From Eledone cirrhosa (taxonomy: Eukaryota), in contig OZ024740.1 in NCBI GenBank assembly GCA_964016885.1, positions 189,782,001-189,846,000 of the forward strand: a stretch of DNA of 64,000 nucleotides, read 5' to 3'. This document shows, one piece after another, positions 14,635-28,560 of the stretch. Position 1 is the first letter of the stretch. Each line of letters begins with the position of its first letter. The notes beneath the pieces are model-generated. The model made no database searches. It was not told the DNA's origin and saw nothing but the letters and a program-made list of their open reading frames with translations. Position numbers and translations under genes: made by a program.

Positions 14635-14635
14635 T
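14595..14635 (+). other. Helitron 3' terminal hairpin and CTAG end
   Basis: actagcagaaaaccgccc-gaaa-gggcggttcttctgCTAG|t. Confidence 0.85.
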
Positions 14636-17600
14636 GACAGTAATAGCTGTTCTATTCACTGACCCAAACATCTAGTGTCAGACAAAATCCATGGAGCATT
14701 TCCATAAAAGGAAAACAATTTACTTAAAAGTATCACTGTTTGAGGAAGTTTTAAGCACCCAAAACAAATATATTATATAATTTCATTCCGTAAATTTAAT
14801 GAAACACATGTATGAATAATTTATAATATTTTATTGTTATTTATAATTTCTTTTTCATACATTGTAGATTGTAGATATTTCAATTATTTCATTAAATCTA
14901 AAAGGCATTATTATTTATTTATCCATGTGGTAAAATATATGAATCGTTTGCGCTTCTTCCTCTCATTCACTCTCTTTATACACATAGAAATACATTTAAA
15001 CACACACACTCACACATATATATATATATATATGGCTTCGGGTACCCATGTAAATGCATTTTACAATAGCAATACAACATCACAAAGGCAATAAGACTAG
15101 ATTTTCTTGGTGTGCTACATTTTCAGAGGATGGATGATTCACTTAAATACATACATAAATGCATACGCACAAACACACACATACACACGAACACAGCCAA
15201 ACACACACATATATATATCCGCGCGAGGGTGTTTGTTTTGCTATACTTGTATTATAAAATTAGGGTATTATTCACGAGTTGAGTTTGTTCTGTGAAAGGA
15301 TAATAATATGGAAAAAAATCCCTAATGTAATATTGATAAAGATTCAGACTTAGCAATATGGTTAATGATTACACACGGGTTCTCAGAAAATTGATATTGC
15401 GCATTGCCCTTCATTTATTTATGTAATCCAGTCATCTGTCGATTAAAATGCTGTTATGCCAGAGCAATGCATGATAACAAACTTGACAGTAAGGACACAA
15501 AGAATGCAGTGCTCTAAATATAGACCTCTATATTTCAAATACATTATGCATGCCGCATTACATAAATTACATGAAAAGAATATAAATATGAACATTTAAT
15601 TCATAGATATTGTTTTTGTATATTATTTAAAGTCTAATTGATTAGTAACCAAATTTGTTCTATGTTTCCCGTAGACAATACTAATCTGTTAGGATGTTCA
15701 GTAAAATCAGTAAAGCGTCGGAGAAAATAACCTGCACTATTTAGTGTGTTAACTTTATTCTGAGTTTGAACTCCTACTATGATTTAGAATGGATGCTATT
15801 TCATTGGCTATAAACTTACCTCCAAATATGTGACTTTGTATCTGTGTTACAAATCAATATATATTAGGATTAGCTACCTCTATACCTAAAATAGAATTTT
15901 CTCTTTCTGGTTCTTCATTTAAAATGTGGGTGTCTAATTGTTCGTGAACTCCCACAATGTTTATATTTAAATGAATTTTCAGAACTAAATTCGGCATTAT
16001 ATTTTTGGTTGCTTTTTGTATTTTACTCTAATTCTGTTAGTTTAGGCAGCAATTATGATACATTTTCTATTACGTGCTCAATTGTTTCAGCATAATGTTT
16101 GCTATTTGATAAATTTCAAGATAATGCAGCATGTTAATCGAAAGCCTCTATGTAACCCTTTCCCACAAAGTATCAACCCTTTATGATTGACAATTTAGTT
16201 AACCCAAAGCAAAATTATTGGACTTTCATCAATTGTTCTGATTGTTGTTAAATAGCTAATCCAAATTCCATATTTTCTTGGCTGATTTGAAGATTATTTC
16301 TGAATATCTTCAATTTATGTTCAAATAATATTATATTTATTTCACTGAATATAATATCATATTCATCTCTGTAGTAAATTTTGTTTTAGATATTACAGTG
16401 TCTGAGGTATACGTAATAGTCTCTGCAATTTGATTACATACAATAAATAATATCAGTTAATTTACTGTTCTCACTTACTGGATATTATTACAACTCAACT
16501 AGGTATTATTGAATTTATTTCTGATAATATAATTGATATTGTCCAATTAAAATGATTTACTCAGAGGAAAAAAAGCGCTGACTCTTCCTTGTGTATGCAC
16601 TCATATATAACTAAAGTTGTCACAGATAATGTTCGATTTGAATATTTGTAGCTGAATACCTGCAGGAAGTTACGTATGCATAGAGATGATTACACAAAAG
16701 ATGTGGATCTGGGAATACGTGGAGATTGATCTATTTTGATGCATGGTTTGTAGACAGAAATGCCTGCCGTTACTGGAAAAAGATGATGAGAATCTATATA
16801 AACAGTAACAAAATACAGTTTCAACATGTTTGTGAGCTTGATATTGTCAGAAGCAAATGGCATATAGTCTAAACTACTTGTTTTCAAAGAACGTGTTTCG
16901 TTCAAGATACATAGGCAGTTAAATTGTATTTATATTTTTAAATCTTGTCTGTGGACGAAAACGCATATATGAAGACACGCCGAGGGACCATTAAACATTG
17001 ATTCTGCAGAATGTGTTCACTGAAACACCTTGCTTTATGAACTGAATAAATTTGTATTCACACCGATAAATGGGTCAGGTTGTCATGTCTATATTTATGT
17101 GATTGGCCAGTTCATAAAAACCCTACGAGCCTCTAGATGATCTTAGTTATACGGCAATGGTGTGCGGAGTGTAACTAGGAGTGAAACACTATTATTTTAT
17201 GTGAGTGTGTGGTGGCATGTGTATGTTATTAAAAATGACAAAGAAATATTATAAATGTTTAGAGTAACATGTATAGCAATGACTCACAAAAGAAAACTTT
17301 TGTAATTACGCAGATATTACTGTGAGCATTTGTACAACTGTTAGCAACTGATCCAGACGGTACGTATCTAGAGAAGTATCCAGAAGTTATTTTCATTCCA
17401 CCCGATAATGGTCGTACTGATGGCAAGAGCAAAATTACTGCCTTGAAAAAAGTGATAAAAATCTACTCAGTAGAAAAATAGGAGAGCAGATGTTCGATAG
17501 ATATAGCTCTACTATATTCATAAAACATAATAGAGTTTAATAGATATTTACTCGTATTTATCTGTATCACATTTCAAGTAATGCTTAGCTGTCACATATG

Positions 17601-18983
17601 TGTCACAATTCACGCACATTTCTGGCCACGTAGGAACTGATGGAACTGAAATAGCATAAACAACTTTAAGTACCAGATGGTTTGTGCGTGGTAAGAGGTG
17701 TCTGATTAGTGTTTTTGTGGAAAATTAATTAGGTGATACAATATGAAGAAAGAACTTTAATTGGCACAATGGGCTCAAGAGAAAATCAAAATATTTGAAC
17801 AATATACAACATCACCAGGTGTACCTTTGAATTATTCATGTGATTTACATTTACTATAACACCAAGGATTTCAGAATTATTATTTATTATGCAGGGATAC
17901 ACAATGTTCGTGGCCAATATAATTATCAAGGAATTTTAGAGTCACTACTTGTTACATTTCTGAAAGGTAACAAAGAAGGACGGGTATTATTTCTCGTTTT
18001 ATAAAAAATCACTCTCAATCTTTAATACTATTTTTTAATTAATTTTACCGATTGCTTGCATAATTTAATTTTTCTTTGGCTCATCACAAAAGTTCTGATG
18101 TCATGTCACGTTCACACATCTGTTATAGATATAAACGTTTGCTTTCGTATGAGTATGGGGGAATTTGGGACTATAAATGTAAATAAATATAATTGCCATG
18201 GATAGGGGAAATTGCAAAGCTATATATTTCCATATTTGTTAGTTGTTTATCATATTAAGGTTATATCAATTTAAATTGATTTGTTTTCTTCTCCTGCAGG
18301 TTTATAGATTACATAAACAGATTATCATTATAAATTTAGCGATATTAAAACATAACATGTGTGAGAATATTTTTGAATATAACTCATTCAATGTTGTGTT
18401 TCGTGGGAAATACATGGTAAAAAAAAAAGATGCAAAGTGACATAAATATTTTGATATCATCCTTATATATGCTGTGTTTTGTCATGAAAATTTTTATTTG
18501 AAAGGAATAGTCGAGTGTGATGCAAAACCATGTGTGGAATAAATAAATAATAGTTGACATTTTCGCTTCAGAAAATATACACTATTTTGAAAACAATGAT
18601 GATGACAATAAGGAGAAAGGAATTTGTGATAGTAGAATAGGGACAGATAATCGATGGAACATAGAACGACTCATATGTAGAAGAGAATGTTCAGTTATCT
18701 TGAGTGCATATTGTCAGAGATTTGAGAAGATTATATATCACTGCCGAAAATACTTACATCCATTATAATTATTTTATTTCCCCTTAGCTCCAGGAACCTT
18801 TGATGGTACTGATGTAGATTTTAGTGAAACGAAGATGTTTCTGATTAAAATAATGTTTAGGTTGTTTATTGGGATGAACTACATACATTATGGCCGTCCT
18901 AGGATCTGCACGTCCCAAATGTATTTTGCCATTTTCATATATTTGCATACACTGATATATACTTTATGAAACACACATACACG

Positions 18984-19021
<38 letters not shown>

Positions 19022-19050
19022 ATATATATATATATATACATACACAAACG

Positions 19051-19128
<78 letters not shown>

Positions 19129-19354
19129 TTCATATAACTGTTCTGTAAATCATCTGATGTTTTTACATTGAGCTACTTAACTTACTGGTAATAAGGGAGT
19201 AATATATTACTGCCTACCACTATTTAGGGTTTGTATAAAAATATATATAACTGCAAAAGGTTTTTGTATTTACATAACCATAAATAGTATAATTAATACT
19301 ATATATATATATATATATACACATATATATATATATATATATATATGTATACAC

Positions 19355-19422
<68 letters not shown>

Positions 19423-19423
<1 letters not shown>

Positions 19424-20143
19424 TAAGGGTGTCATGTCAGAGAGACATGCGAAATATCAACTGTAGACTATGCTCCAAGATTCCAATGAATAGATCCGAG
19501 CATTTTATATCAACTAGAAATTGATTGACATATATATATATATATATGTAAAATAAACATATGAAACAATCACAAGGAATAATTTGTAAAAGTGTGTAAG
19601 CACACATAGCCAGTTAGGTAACTAATTAAAGTTTAACTAGAACTTTAAAAATAGATACTTTATAAATTGATTAATCTTCCTTGCATATAGTTCATTAAAT
19701 ATATATATATTTCACCATTAATCGATCGGTAAACCACAGTAGCCAAATCACGAATTTTCAACATGGGAGAAGATCTAACTATCTGTGTTTATACAGCAAA
19801 TTCAAATCTGTAAATGACTAGCATTACGTGTTGCATCTTTCAAAATTACACACATCGTACCAGCTCGATTAATGGTGAAATATATTTCTTTAATGAAATA
19901 TATACAAGGAAGATTAATCAATTTATAAAGTTCTAGTTAAACTTTAATTAGTTATCTACTTGGCTATGTGTGTTTACACACTTTTAAAAATTATTCCCTG
20001 TGATTGTTTGACATGTTTATTTTAGAGATATATATATGTCAATCAATTTCTAGTTGATATACAATGCTCGGATCTATTTATTGGAATCTGGGCGCATATC
20101 CTACAGTGGATATGCCGCATGTCTCTCTGACATGACATCTTAA
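19423..20143. repeat. Long inverted repeat (~290-bp arms 19423-19725 / 19865-20143) between (TA)n tracts
   Basis: gtcatgtcagagagacatgc...ttcaccattaatcga versus tcgattaatggtgaaa...gcatgtctctctgacatgac. Arms are moderately diverged. Confidence 0.9.
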
Positions 20144-21125
20144 TTTAATTTTGGATATATATATATATATATATATATACAATGAGGCCTTTGACAACAC
20201 CCCCCAGAACATCTCTGTGTTGAAAAAGGATTATAAAATGAACCAAATACTACGAACACACGATATCATAAAGAGCAAAAGACAATCTAAGTCAATGAAA
20301 AACATCCTAACACATGCCAAAGTACTGCCAACCACAACAACGAAACCCACAGTAAACAAATACGATAGACCCAACTGTGGCATTTGCCTCAACCTAATAG
20401 AGGGTTCGGAATTCTATTTCAATGAAGGACAACGTTTTATAGTAAAACACAATTTCACATGTGCATCGGAAAATCTAATATATGTATTAACTTGCTCAGG
20501 TTGTCGAGAACAATACATAGGCCAGACCAAAAGCAGCCTCCGCCAACGCATGACTGTCCATAGATCCCAAATTAAAATACGGGAATACAGGAAAATACCA
20601 CTGAGTGAACACATTGATACCTGTGTCGCCCAAAATCAACCCAACTTCAGAATCTTTCCCCTCTACAAATTTATAGATAATGCCACCCACACCCAGCGCA
20701 TCAGCAAGGAATCTTACTTTATTAACAAATACGGACCCCGTCTAAACACTTCTCCCTAAGACGAACCGAAAACATACACACGTCAACAGAAATACCTACA
20801 TAAGCACACATATCTACCCACATATAAACACAATGACATACGTAAACACACATGTTCTATGGAGCAACACAAATATATATATATATATAGTGAATATATG
20901 TATATATATATAGTGAATATCATTTAACACCTTTTATTGTTAAGGTTTTTGATGTTCTATTGAGATAATCGATTTTACTGAAAATATCGAATAATGTACA
21001 CCATTTTACCAGGGAAAAAAAATTCTGATCCACCCACACACACACACATATATACACACACATACACACGCGTACATTAACACACAAAAGAGACTTATAC
21101 AAACACACACACACACACACACACA

Positions 21126-21236
21126 CTTTTCCGTATAAGACAAGAGCTGAAAATATCTTTTAACATGTTAAAATATCCCTCACTCACTTACAGACACATT
21201 CCTACTGACCATCCCTCTACCACGAATTACTCTGCT

Positions 21237-21270
<34 letters not shown>

Positions 21271-21365
21271 CTCCGTATAAGACAAGAGCTGAAAAATATC
21301 TTTTAACATGTTAAAATATCCCCACTCACTTACAGACACATTCCTACTGACCATCCCTCTACCAC
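21126..21365 (+). repeat. Tandem duplication of ~140 bp, each unit preceded by (CA)n
   Basis: ccgtataagacaagagctgaaaatatcttttaacatgttaaaatatcccc...ccatccctctaccac occurs twice. Confidence 0.9.
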
Positions 21366-21563
21366 AAATCACAATTTTTTACATTCACATGACCTCTACC
21401 GACCAATCAAAATTGTTTTGACCACAAGAATTTTTGCAACACGAATTGGCGCAAAAAACAATTTTAATTGCGCTGGAGCCTCTTTTTTTAACATAAAAAC
21501 AGGTAGAATTCCCAAAACTAATCAGATCAGAGCAAACATCACGGACGCTCTATCTCAAAATTA

Positions 21564-21600
21564 TTTTTGAAAAGCATTTAGAAATGCGCAACCGGTAGAA
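21564..21600 (+). ncRNA. Decayed hammerhead with U3-A8 variant core
   Basis: TTGAAAA gcattt-ag-aaatgc G(C)AA ccgg TA. It lies downstream of the GIY-YIG ORF where a PLE HHR is expected. GAAA is mutated to GCAA. Confidence 0.55.
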
Positions 21601-21711
21601 CTTGAAACCAAAACTGAATATTAACCAATACAATTACTAATTCTCATTTATTCCTAATTAAACTATTTTCCACTGTGAACAATTTGTCAGCATTTTCTAT
21701 TCCGTTTACCA

Positions 21712-21780
<69 letters not shown>

Positions 21781-21781
<1 letters not shown>

Positions 21782-24690
21782 GTTCAAAACAATCAAAACT
21801 TCGTTCAATATATTTTATTGCTGACAATCGTTTCTTCCAAACAGCCGTTTAGAGTAATCAGAGCATTGCCAAAGTTTAAACATATAATAATCCTCCTATT
21901 CTACAGAACAATCATAAAGATATGTTGATATTATTGTTGCTATCAACAGTGTCATATTTGATATTAATACGTACTACATCTCTATTTCTCATATCCTATT
22001 AAACAAGGCATGCATAATGGCTATGAATAATAGTGACCTGACTAATCCCAAATGGATGTCATTCGTCGGCCCGTAAAACCATAATTGTACTTGAAGATCG
22101 ATTATGGACCCGCAAGTATACACCTAACAACTTTGACATAACTATGGGATCTAGTTAATCGCCGCATGTTACATATTTGGTGGGTCTATACCTCTTAAAT
22201 GAGATTTATAATAATTTACCCTACCTCAATGGTGGTTTATACCGCGATGATGCACTACTACTTAATGACTATAAAAATGTAATATAGTAAGAACTAGAAA
22301 ACAATTGCATAATCTATTTAAAAACTTCAACTTAAATATTACCTTAGATAGACACACTAAAAACGTTAACTTCCTTGATGGGACCATTTACCTGGACTTT
22401 AAAATATATACACCCTTTCATAAACCAAATGAAAAACTACTTTTTGTGAATACCAACGCTAACCTCCCTAAATCTATATTAAACTCGATTACTAAAGGAG
22501 AATCTAATAGAATAACCTCTTTATCTCATAATGAATCTATATTTAACAGAAATTCCCAATACAATAATGAAGCTTTAGCTCGCTCAGGCCATAAAGATAA
22601 AATTAAATTTTTACCTAAAAAAATTATCTAGTTATAACATTATTTCACACAATATAGCCATGAATCAAATTAAAAGTAATAACAGTACTGACCACTCTAA
22701 TTCTAATATTAGGGGTAATAACAAAGTTAACTAGCACCAAAATAATAATAATAATAAAAATAGAAATATAAACAATACTACAGCTAACCATACAAACAAT
22801 AATCACAAAAAATAGAAGAACTAATACATTTTTCAATCCCCCTTTCAATTTAAACATTTCCACCAACTTGCCTAAAGCATTCTTCTCAATTTTAGAAAAA
22901 AACTTCCCAGTCGGCCATAGATACTATAATCTCATCAATAAAAATACTATTAAAATTTCTTATTCTACTACACCCGACATTGCGAACCATATAGCTAATA
23001 GTAATAAAAGGAAGATTAATAATTATTTCCAAATGATTAAATCACAACATGAGGGGAACTTTCATAGCAACGTAATACCGGAGAATTCTATTAGCAATAA
23101 TAATATTAGTAACAGCACTAATGAAATTAATACCAATAAGAATAATAATCGTCATTATCCTAATACTCTCCCTAACAACCATACACCTATACAACCTATT
23201 AACCGACAAGTAAACAACCAAAATAACTGTAATTGTAGAACAAATAGAACTTGCCCCTTGAGAAAAAAAACTGCTTAATCAAAGACATTATATACTCTTG
23301 TACAGTCAATACAAATAACACCTCGAAAACATATATTGGTTCTACCTCGAATTGATTCAAGACGAGATATATCTCGCATCTTCACACTTTAAAAAATCAT
23401 AACCTAGTTAACTCCACTTCTTTATCTAACTACATACACTCTTTGAAGACTAGGAATAGACAATACATACTACAATGGGAAGTTGTAGATAGGGCCACTT
23501 CTTACAAACCACCGAATAGATGCTGTAACCTCTGTCTTTTAGAGTCTCGCACTATAGTCTATTCTAAGCTACACCTTTTAAATAGAAAATCTGAAATGTA
23601 TTCAGTCAACACTACCACCGAACTCTTTCCACAATTTCAAACCTAGATGATAATATATAACAATGTCAGATATAGTTTCCTCACCACCGTTAACACTTTA
23701 CCTTTAGGTTTTATCAGCATGAAATAGCCATCCAACATCACATTTTTGTATCAACTCATTCTTTCATTTATCTCATTTTCATCTCAGTCTATACTCAATA
23801 ATATCTATAGTGAATAAACACTTAATATAACTATAATATCTTCCTTACTAATATTTATTCATTTAATTAATATATAGGTAGGTAAAGGTCAATTGAGACC
23901 TTTAAATATTAAATATTATATAAAAAACTGATTATATATTAAATAGAAATAAAGATAAATAGCATTATATAAGGGTTCACTTGTAGTATAATATATTGTA
24001 TATTAACACATGGAATTTAACTAATAGGATTTATAAGCAACTAACACCAGATTATATATTTTTCTGCTATACATAAATAAATAAATCTTCAATTACCTCC
24101 CCTTTCCCATTAACTCCCTTTAGTAAAGATCTCCCATACATTCCTTGAATTTTAATCGATAGACATAACCACACCAACTCGAAAAAATTAACATCTGACT
24201 AAAAAGAGATCACTCCAGAACAACTCTAACCCTTTATCTGATTATAATAAGGGCAATATACAATCTATAACTGTATCTATTTAAATATTATTTTAAAACA
24301 TTTCTTAAATAACCAATGACATGGAAAGGGAAACCTCAATATTAATACTCACAACACATCTACATTTAAACATTACCATAACATTTATCACATTACATCC
24401 ACCATAAGCTCACATAGTAACTGTTTTAAATATAATTATCTCGCTAAAGATACATATCTTTAGGCTTGTTCTGTAGAATAGGACGTTAATTTTATGTTTA
24501 AACTTTGCCAATGCTCCGATGACACCAAACGGTTGTTTGGAAGAAACGATTGTCAGTAATAATATGTATTCCTGCCCTGTAAGGCATCTGAGGTATTTAC
24601 ATTGAGTTATTTTTCATACTGGTAATAAGGTGGTAAAAAATACAAAAAAATACTGACCTTTAGTGTTTATAACTATATATAGTTTATTTA
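21781..24690 (+). mobile_element. Decayed PLE (RT, Asn-rich linker, GIY-YIG) with inverted 5' partial pLTR
   Basis: RT pieces NFDITMGS, GGLYRDDAL and VNFLDGTIYLD; linker FFNPPFNLNISTN..NTIKISYS; EN CNCR..CPL..CL..IIYSCTV..YIGSTS..FKTR..WEVV..CNLCLLE. 21807-21911 is the reverse complement of 24466-24570. Confidence 0.88.
24512..24558 (+). ncRNA. Hammerhead ribozyme in pLTR (mirror at 21819-21865, minus)
   Basis: The consensus of the two copies is tgct CTGATGA ..ccaaac-ggyt-gtttggaa GAAA cgattg TC agca. Each copy has one different core mutation (CCGATGA and CTGATTA). Confidence 0.7.
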
Positions 24691-25648
24691 TAAGTATAAA
24701 TAATATTTTATTATTATATACATATACATGTGTGTGTGTGTGTGTGCGTGTGTGTGTATGTAAATATATATGTGTGTATGTTTGTGTGTATCTATATATG
24801 TAAATATATATATATATGTATATATATATGTATATATAAATTAATAAAATAATGAATAAACAAAGAAACAGTTCCTTATATTAAAAAAATTCATCATTTT
24901 ACGATCGTTTCTAGGATATGTATGTGTTAGAGTTGGTATGCATATTCTATAGATCTATGTACAATATTTATACAAACTATCAGAGGGAATATACATACCT
25001 ACACATATATATGCTGTCTTCAGAAATAATGATATTTGTTTATTGAAAAAAAACAAAGATTCAATACAATAGGTCTGTTTGGGAACAGGTTTTGAATTGA
25101 CCAATAGAGAGATAGTGAGGGTCAAGATAGTAATATAGTAGTAGAAGAACCTTAAATTACGGTTAGAGGAAGGTAGATTTCAGTTTTGGATGGAAAAGAA
25201 TATTATGAATGAAGGATTATTTTAGGGAAGAAATAGGTCTTATGCTGACCTCAGAAATAATTTTATTTGCTCATTGAATAAAACCAACAAAGATCTAATA
25301 TATTCTGTCTGTTTGGTAAGAGGTTTAGAATTAACCAATAGAAAGTTAGTAATTGGCCAAATGGTAAAATAGTAGTAATTGAAGCTTATTTTAGGGGTGA
25401 AAATAGGTCAGGTGGTCAGTAAAAGGTATACAAGCAGCTGCTGTTATAAAATAGTAATGCCAATACAAATATCTAAGGTGACTAAAGTTTTACGATAAGA
25501 ATTTTAGTGAAAAAAATACATCTATGAAAAGAATATAAATTGATTTAATTGATGGGTATATTTATATTGATAAAATTATACTAATACATATATATATAAC
25601 AGCAACTGCTTGTATACCTTTTACCGTAAACTTTTGGTAGATTTATCT

Positions 25649-25717
<69 letters not shown>

Positions 25718-25921
25718 GGGAGGGTCATATTTGCGTAATATTGCCAGAATTAATAACAGAACACACTCACTGTTTGGTTGGTTTTCGCTTCTCGCTGTCT
25801 TTTATATATATATATATCTGCGATCTAACTTACTCGGTCCTCAATGTTGCCATTGACTGACCGGTGGTCAAAAATAAAATAATACAGATACAATATAGAC
25901 AAACACATATATATATAGTTT

Positions 25922-25962
25922 ACATAAATCTTTCGTTGCACATCTGCAACATCGTCAGTGGT
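25922..25962 (-). ncRNA. Minimal hammerhead ribozyme in PLE 3' region
   Basis: Minus strand: ca CTGACGA t gttgca-gatg-tgcaac GAAA gatt TA tg. Confidence 0.75.
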
Positions 25963-26215
25963 GTTATATTCATTGTTCCTCCTGTTGTGTTGTATGTCTA
26001 CGCCATTTTTTTTTGTTCAGTCCGTCTATATATTTATTTATTTGTTTGCTTGTTTGTTTATCTTATTTTATTTTGTCTTCTTTGCGCATGCGTTTGCGTG
26101 TGTGATGTGTGACTAGTGTGTATAGTGTTGTGTCTGCTGGGTGACTAGTGTGTGTTTATGTGCTTGTGTATGTATTTATTTATCTTATTTTATTTAATTT
26201 AATTTACTTATTTAT

Positions 26216-28009
26216 TTATACTTCTCTTAGGTCAGTGTTGTTTGTTTGGGTGTTGTTGTTGTTCCACTCATTCTTTCTGTTTAGCTTTGGTCTTCTAATT
26301 TCTATTTCACTGGCCTCTCTGATTTGCCTATCTGCTGGGTCATTCCTATGTTTAGATATTATTCTAATTTCTATGTTGTCTATGTTACCGTCATGATGTT
26401 GTCTAGCATGTTCGTATAGTACTGACCCGTTTTTTCGTCCTTTTAGTTCCCCCCAGTGTTGGTCTATCCTTTCACCTATGCTACGAGCTGTCTCACCTAT
26501 GTATGTTGTTGTCGTGTTTCTACAAGTACCCTCTGTACATCTTATGCTATAGACTACGTTTCTAGTTTTACAGTTTATCCGGGGGTTCACCTTACATATG
26601 ATACATTTCCTATTGGTACAGTGGGTTTTCTTAAAAGGGTAGGTTTTGCTGATCAGGGATTTTATGGTGGTTCCTGGCTTTTCTACCACCTTTATTTTTA
26701 AGTGGGTCTTTCTCAGGGCCTTTCTACACTGGTTAGCTAATTTCCCTCCAGGGGTGGCGTCCACAAACATGACACTCTGATATCTCTGGTTGTCGTACCA
26801 TGATGTGGCCTTCCCTATCTTATGTCTAGCCCTATCTAAGCTATTCCATGATTTGCTCCTGTATAGTGGGCAAATTCCTTTCATGTCCAGTTCTATGAGG
26901 GTCTTATACTTTTCCATGGCTCCTTCGTATACTCTGACTCTGTCTCTTTGGTTGTAGCCAGAGAACTGCATGCGGTTGATGAAGTGTTGGATGTGTCCTT
27001 CCATTTCTGTTGGGTCGCACATGCTGGACACATTCTTCATCACTCGTACCAAATCTGCGATCAGAATATTAAACTTAGCACTACTGGACATTGCTGAGTT
27101 TTTGAGTATCAGGTATTTGGAGGCCATGGGTTTAGCATAGTGTGAGTGGAGAATTTGGGCTCTCTCGTCTATAGTGTTAATCCAGAGTTCTGTGTCTAAT
27201 ACAGGTAGTCTATTGTTAGGGTGTTTGGAAGGGAAGTCTATAGTTACAGTTATACTCTGGTGTATGGAATTAGCTATCTGCTGGATGCTTTCCATCGTGC
27301 TACGTTCTAAATCAAACTTGTTAGTGCTCTCTAGTGGGGGTGTTCTTATAACTATATTGATATCGTCTACATAACGAGAGTACATGATGAGGTCTATGGA
27401 GCTTTCATTAAGGAGATCTTTAAGTCTCCTTTCCCACCATACCATGAAAAGGTTGGCAACATCGCCAGCTATGCTGACGCCGATGGCTGCTCCCTCATTT
27501 TGGGTGTAGATTTTCTCATTGAACTTAAATATGTGGCCCTTTAGGGTAGTTTTGATACTAGCCCCTATTGCATGTGCGACCATTTTTCTTACCTGATCAG
27601 TGTTTTGGGGGGTCCGTATAGCTTTGGTCCACCCAATCCACCTTCCTATGGGAGTCTTTTTAGCCATTGAGGTTATGGTGGGGGGTCTACCTCTTATAGG
27701 TCTACTAGGGCAGAAACATCTAAGGTCATGGCTGTCTAGGTAGTCAGTGTCGTAGGTAAGTCTAAGTAGGAGGCCCAGTTCGTCTGTGTCGACGTCGCAG
27801 AACTCCACCTCACTCTCAATGATCATCTCCACACATCTTTTCACAGCAAAATCAATGTTAATGGATGGGTACAGTGACACCACATCCATGCTGCCTATTA
27901 TGCAGTTGGATAGGCTCCTGTTTTTGTTGCACTCACTGATTCTGCTGAGGAGGTCCTCTGTACTTTCACATACATCTGGGGACATCTTGATTATGGGGCG
28001 TATAACCAT
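26216..28009 (-). CDS. PLE polyprotein: reverse transcriptase + C-terminal GIY-YIG endonuclease (597 aa, N-truncated; frame stays open to ~28100)
   Basis: SMDVVSLYPSI, YTQNEGAAIG, YSRYVDD, LPVLDTEL, Cys-rich linker C..C..C..CKTRNVVYSIRC, YIGETARS..ER..H, RQIREA..I..P.LN. Confidence 0.93.
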   Translation of the reverse strand: MVIRPIIKMSPDVCESTEDLLSRISECNKNRSLSNCIIGSMDVVSLYPSINIDFAVKRCVEMIIESEVEFCDVDTDELGLLLRLTYDTDYLDSHDLRCFCPSRPIRGRPPTITSMAKKTPIGRWIGWTKAIRTPQNTDQVRKMVAHAIGASIKTTLKGHIFKFNEKIYTQNEGAAIGVSIAGDVANLFMVWWERRLKDLLNESSIDLIMYSRYVDDINIVIRTPPLESTNKFDLERSTMESIQQIANSIHQSITVTIDFPSKHPNNRLPVLDTELWINTIDERAQILHSHYAKPMASKYLILKNSAMSSSAKFNILIADLVRVMKNVSSMCDPTEMEGHIQHFINRMQFSGYNQRDRVRVYEGAMEKYKTLIELDMKGICPLYRSKSWNSLDRARHKIGKATSWYDNQRYQSVMFVDATPGGKLANQCRKALRKTHLKIKVVEKPGTTIKSLISKTYPFKKTHCTNRKCIICKVNPRINCKTRNVVYSIRCTEGTCRNTTTTYIGETARSIGERIDQHWGELKGRKNGSVLYEHARQHHDGNIDNIEIRIISKHRNDPADRQIREASEIEIRRPKLNRKNEWNNNNTQTNNTDLREV

Positions 28010-28096
28010 TGAGAGGAAGTAGGAGATCCTGTAGTTGCTAGCTATATTAGCTCCGCATACAGGTCTTGTTGGTGGTCCTGTTGTCGGGTCGTCGAC

Positions 28097-28542
<446 letters not shown>

Positions 28543-28560
28543 CATATATATATATATGTA

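Larger units (their letters stand above)
20180..21720 (+). mobile_element. 5'-truncated PLE: GIY-YIG endonuclease region (ORF 20151-20759) and 3' non-coding region
   Basis: RPNCGIC..FTCASENLIYVLTCSGCREQYIGQTKSSLRQRMTVH..KESYFI..LN is the PLE C-terminal GIY-YIG signature. It begins right after a (TA)n tract. Confidence 0.88.
25715..28100 (-). mobile_element. PLE retroelement, 5'-truncated, flanked by (TA)n on both sides
   Basis: Contains ORF 26216-28009, a 3' non-coding region with an HHR, and the terminal motif ...tgaccctcccca abutting (TA)n. Confidence 0.92.

Noticed and set aside
16660-16870. Short open frame with Cys/Trp residues (RCGSGNTWRLIYFDAWFVD...HVCE)
   Set aside because: No recognisable domain and no clear splice context.
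25421-25622. Short inverted repeat (aaaaggtatacaagcag.tgctgttata) with an internal stem followed by GAAA
   Set aside because: The inverted repeat is real, but no valid CUGANGA core precedes the stem, so it is not called as a ribozyme.
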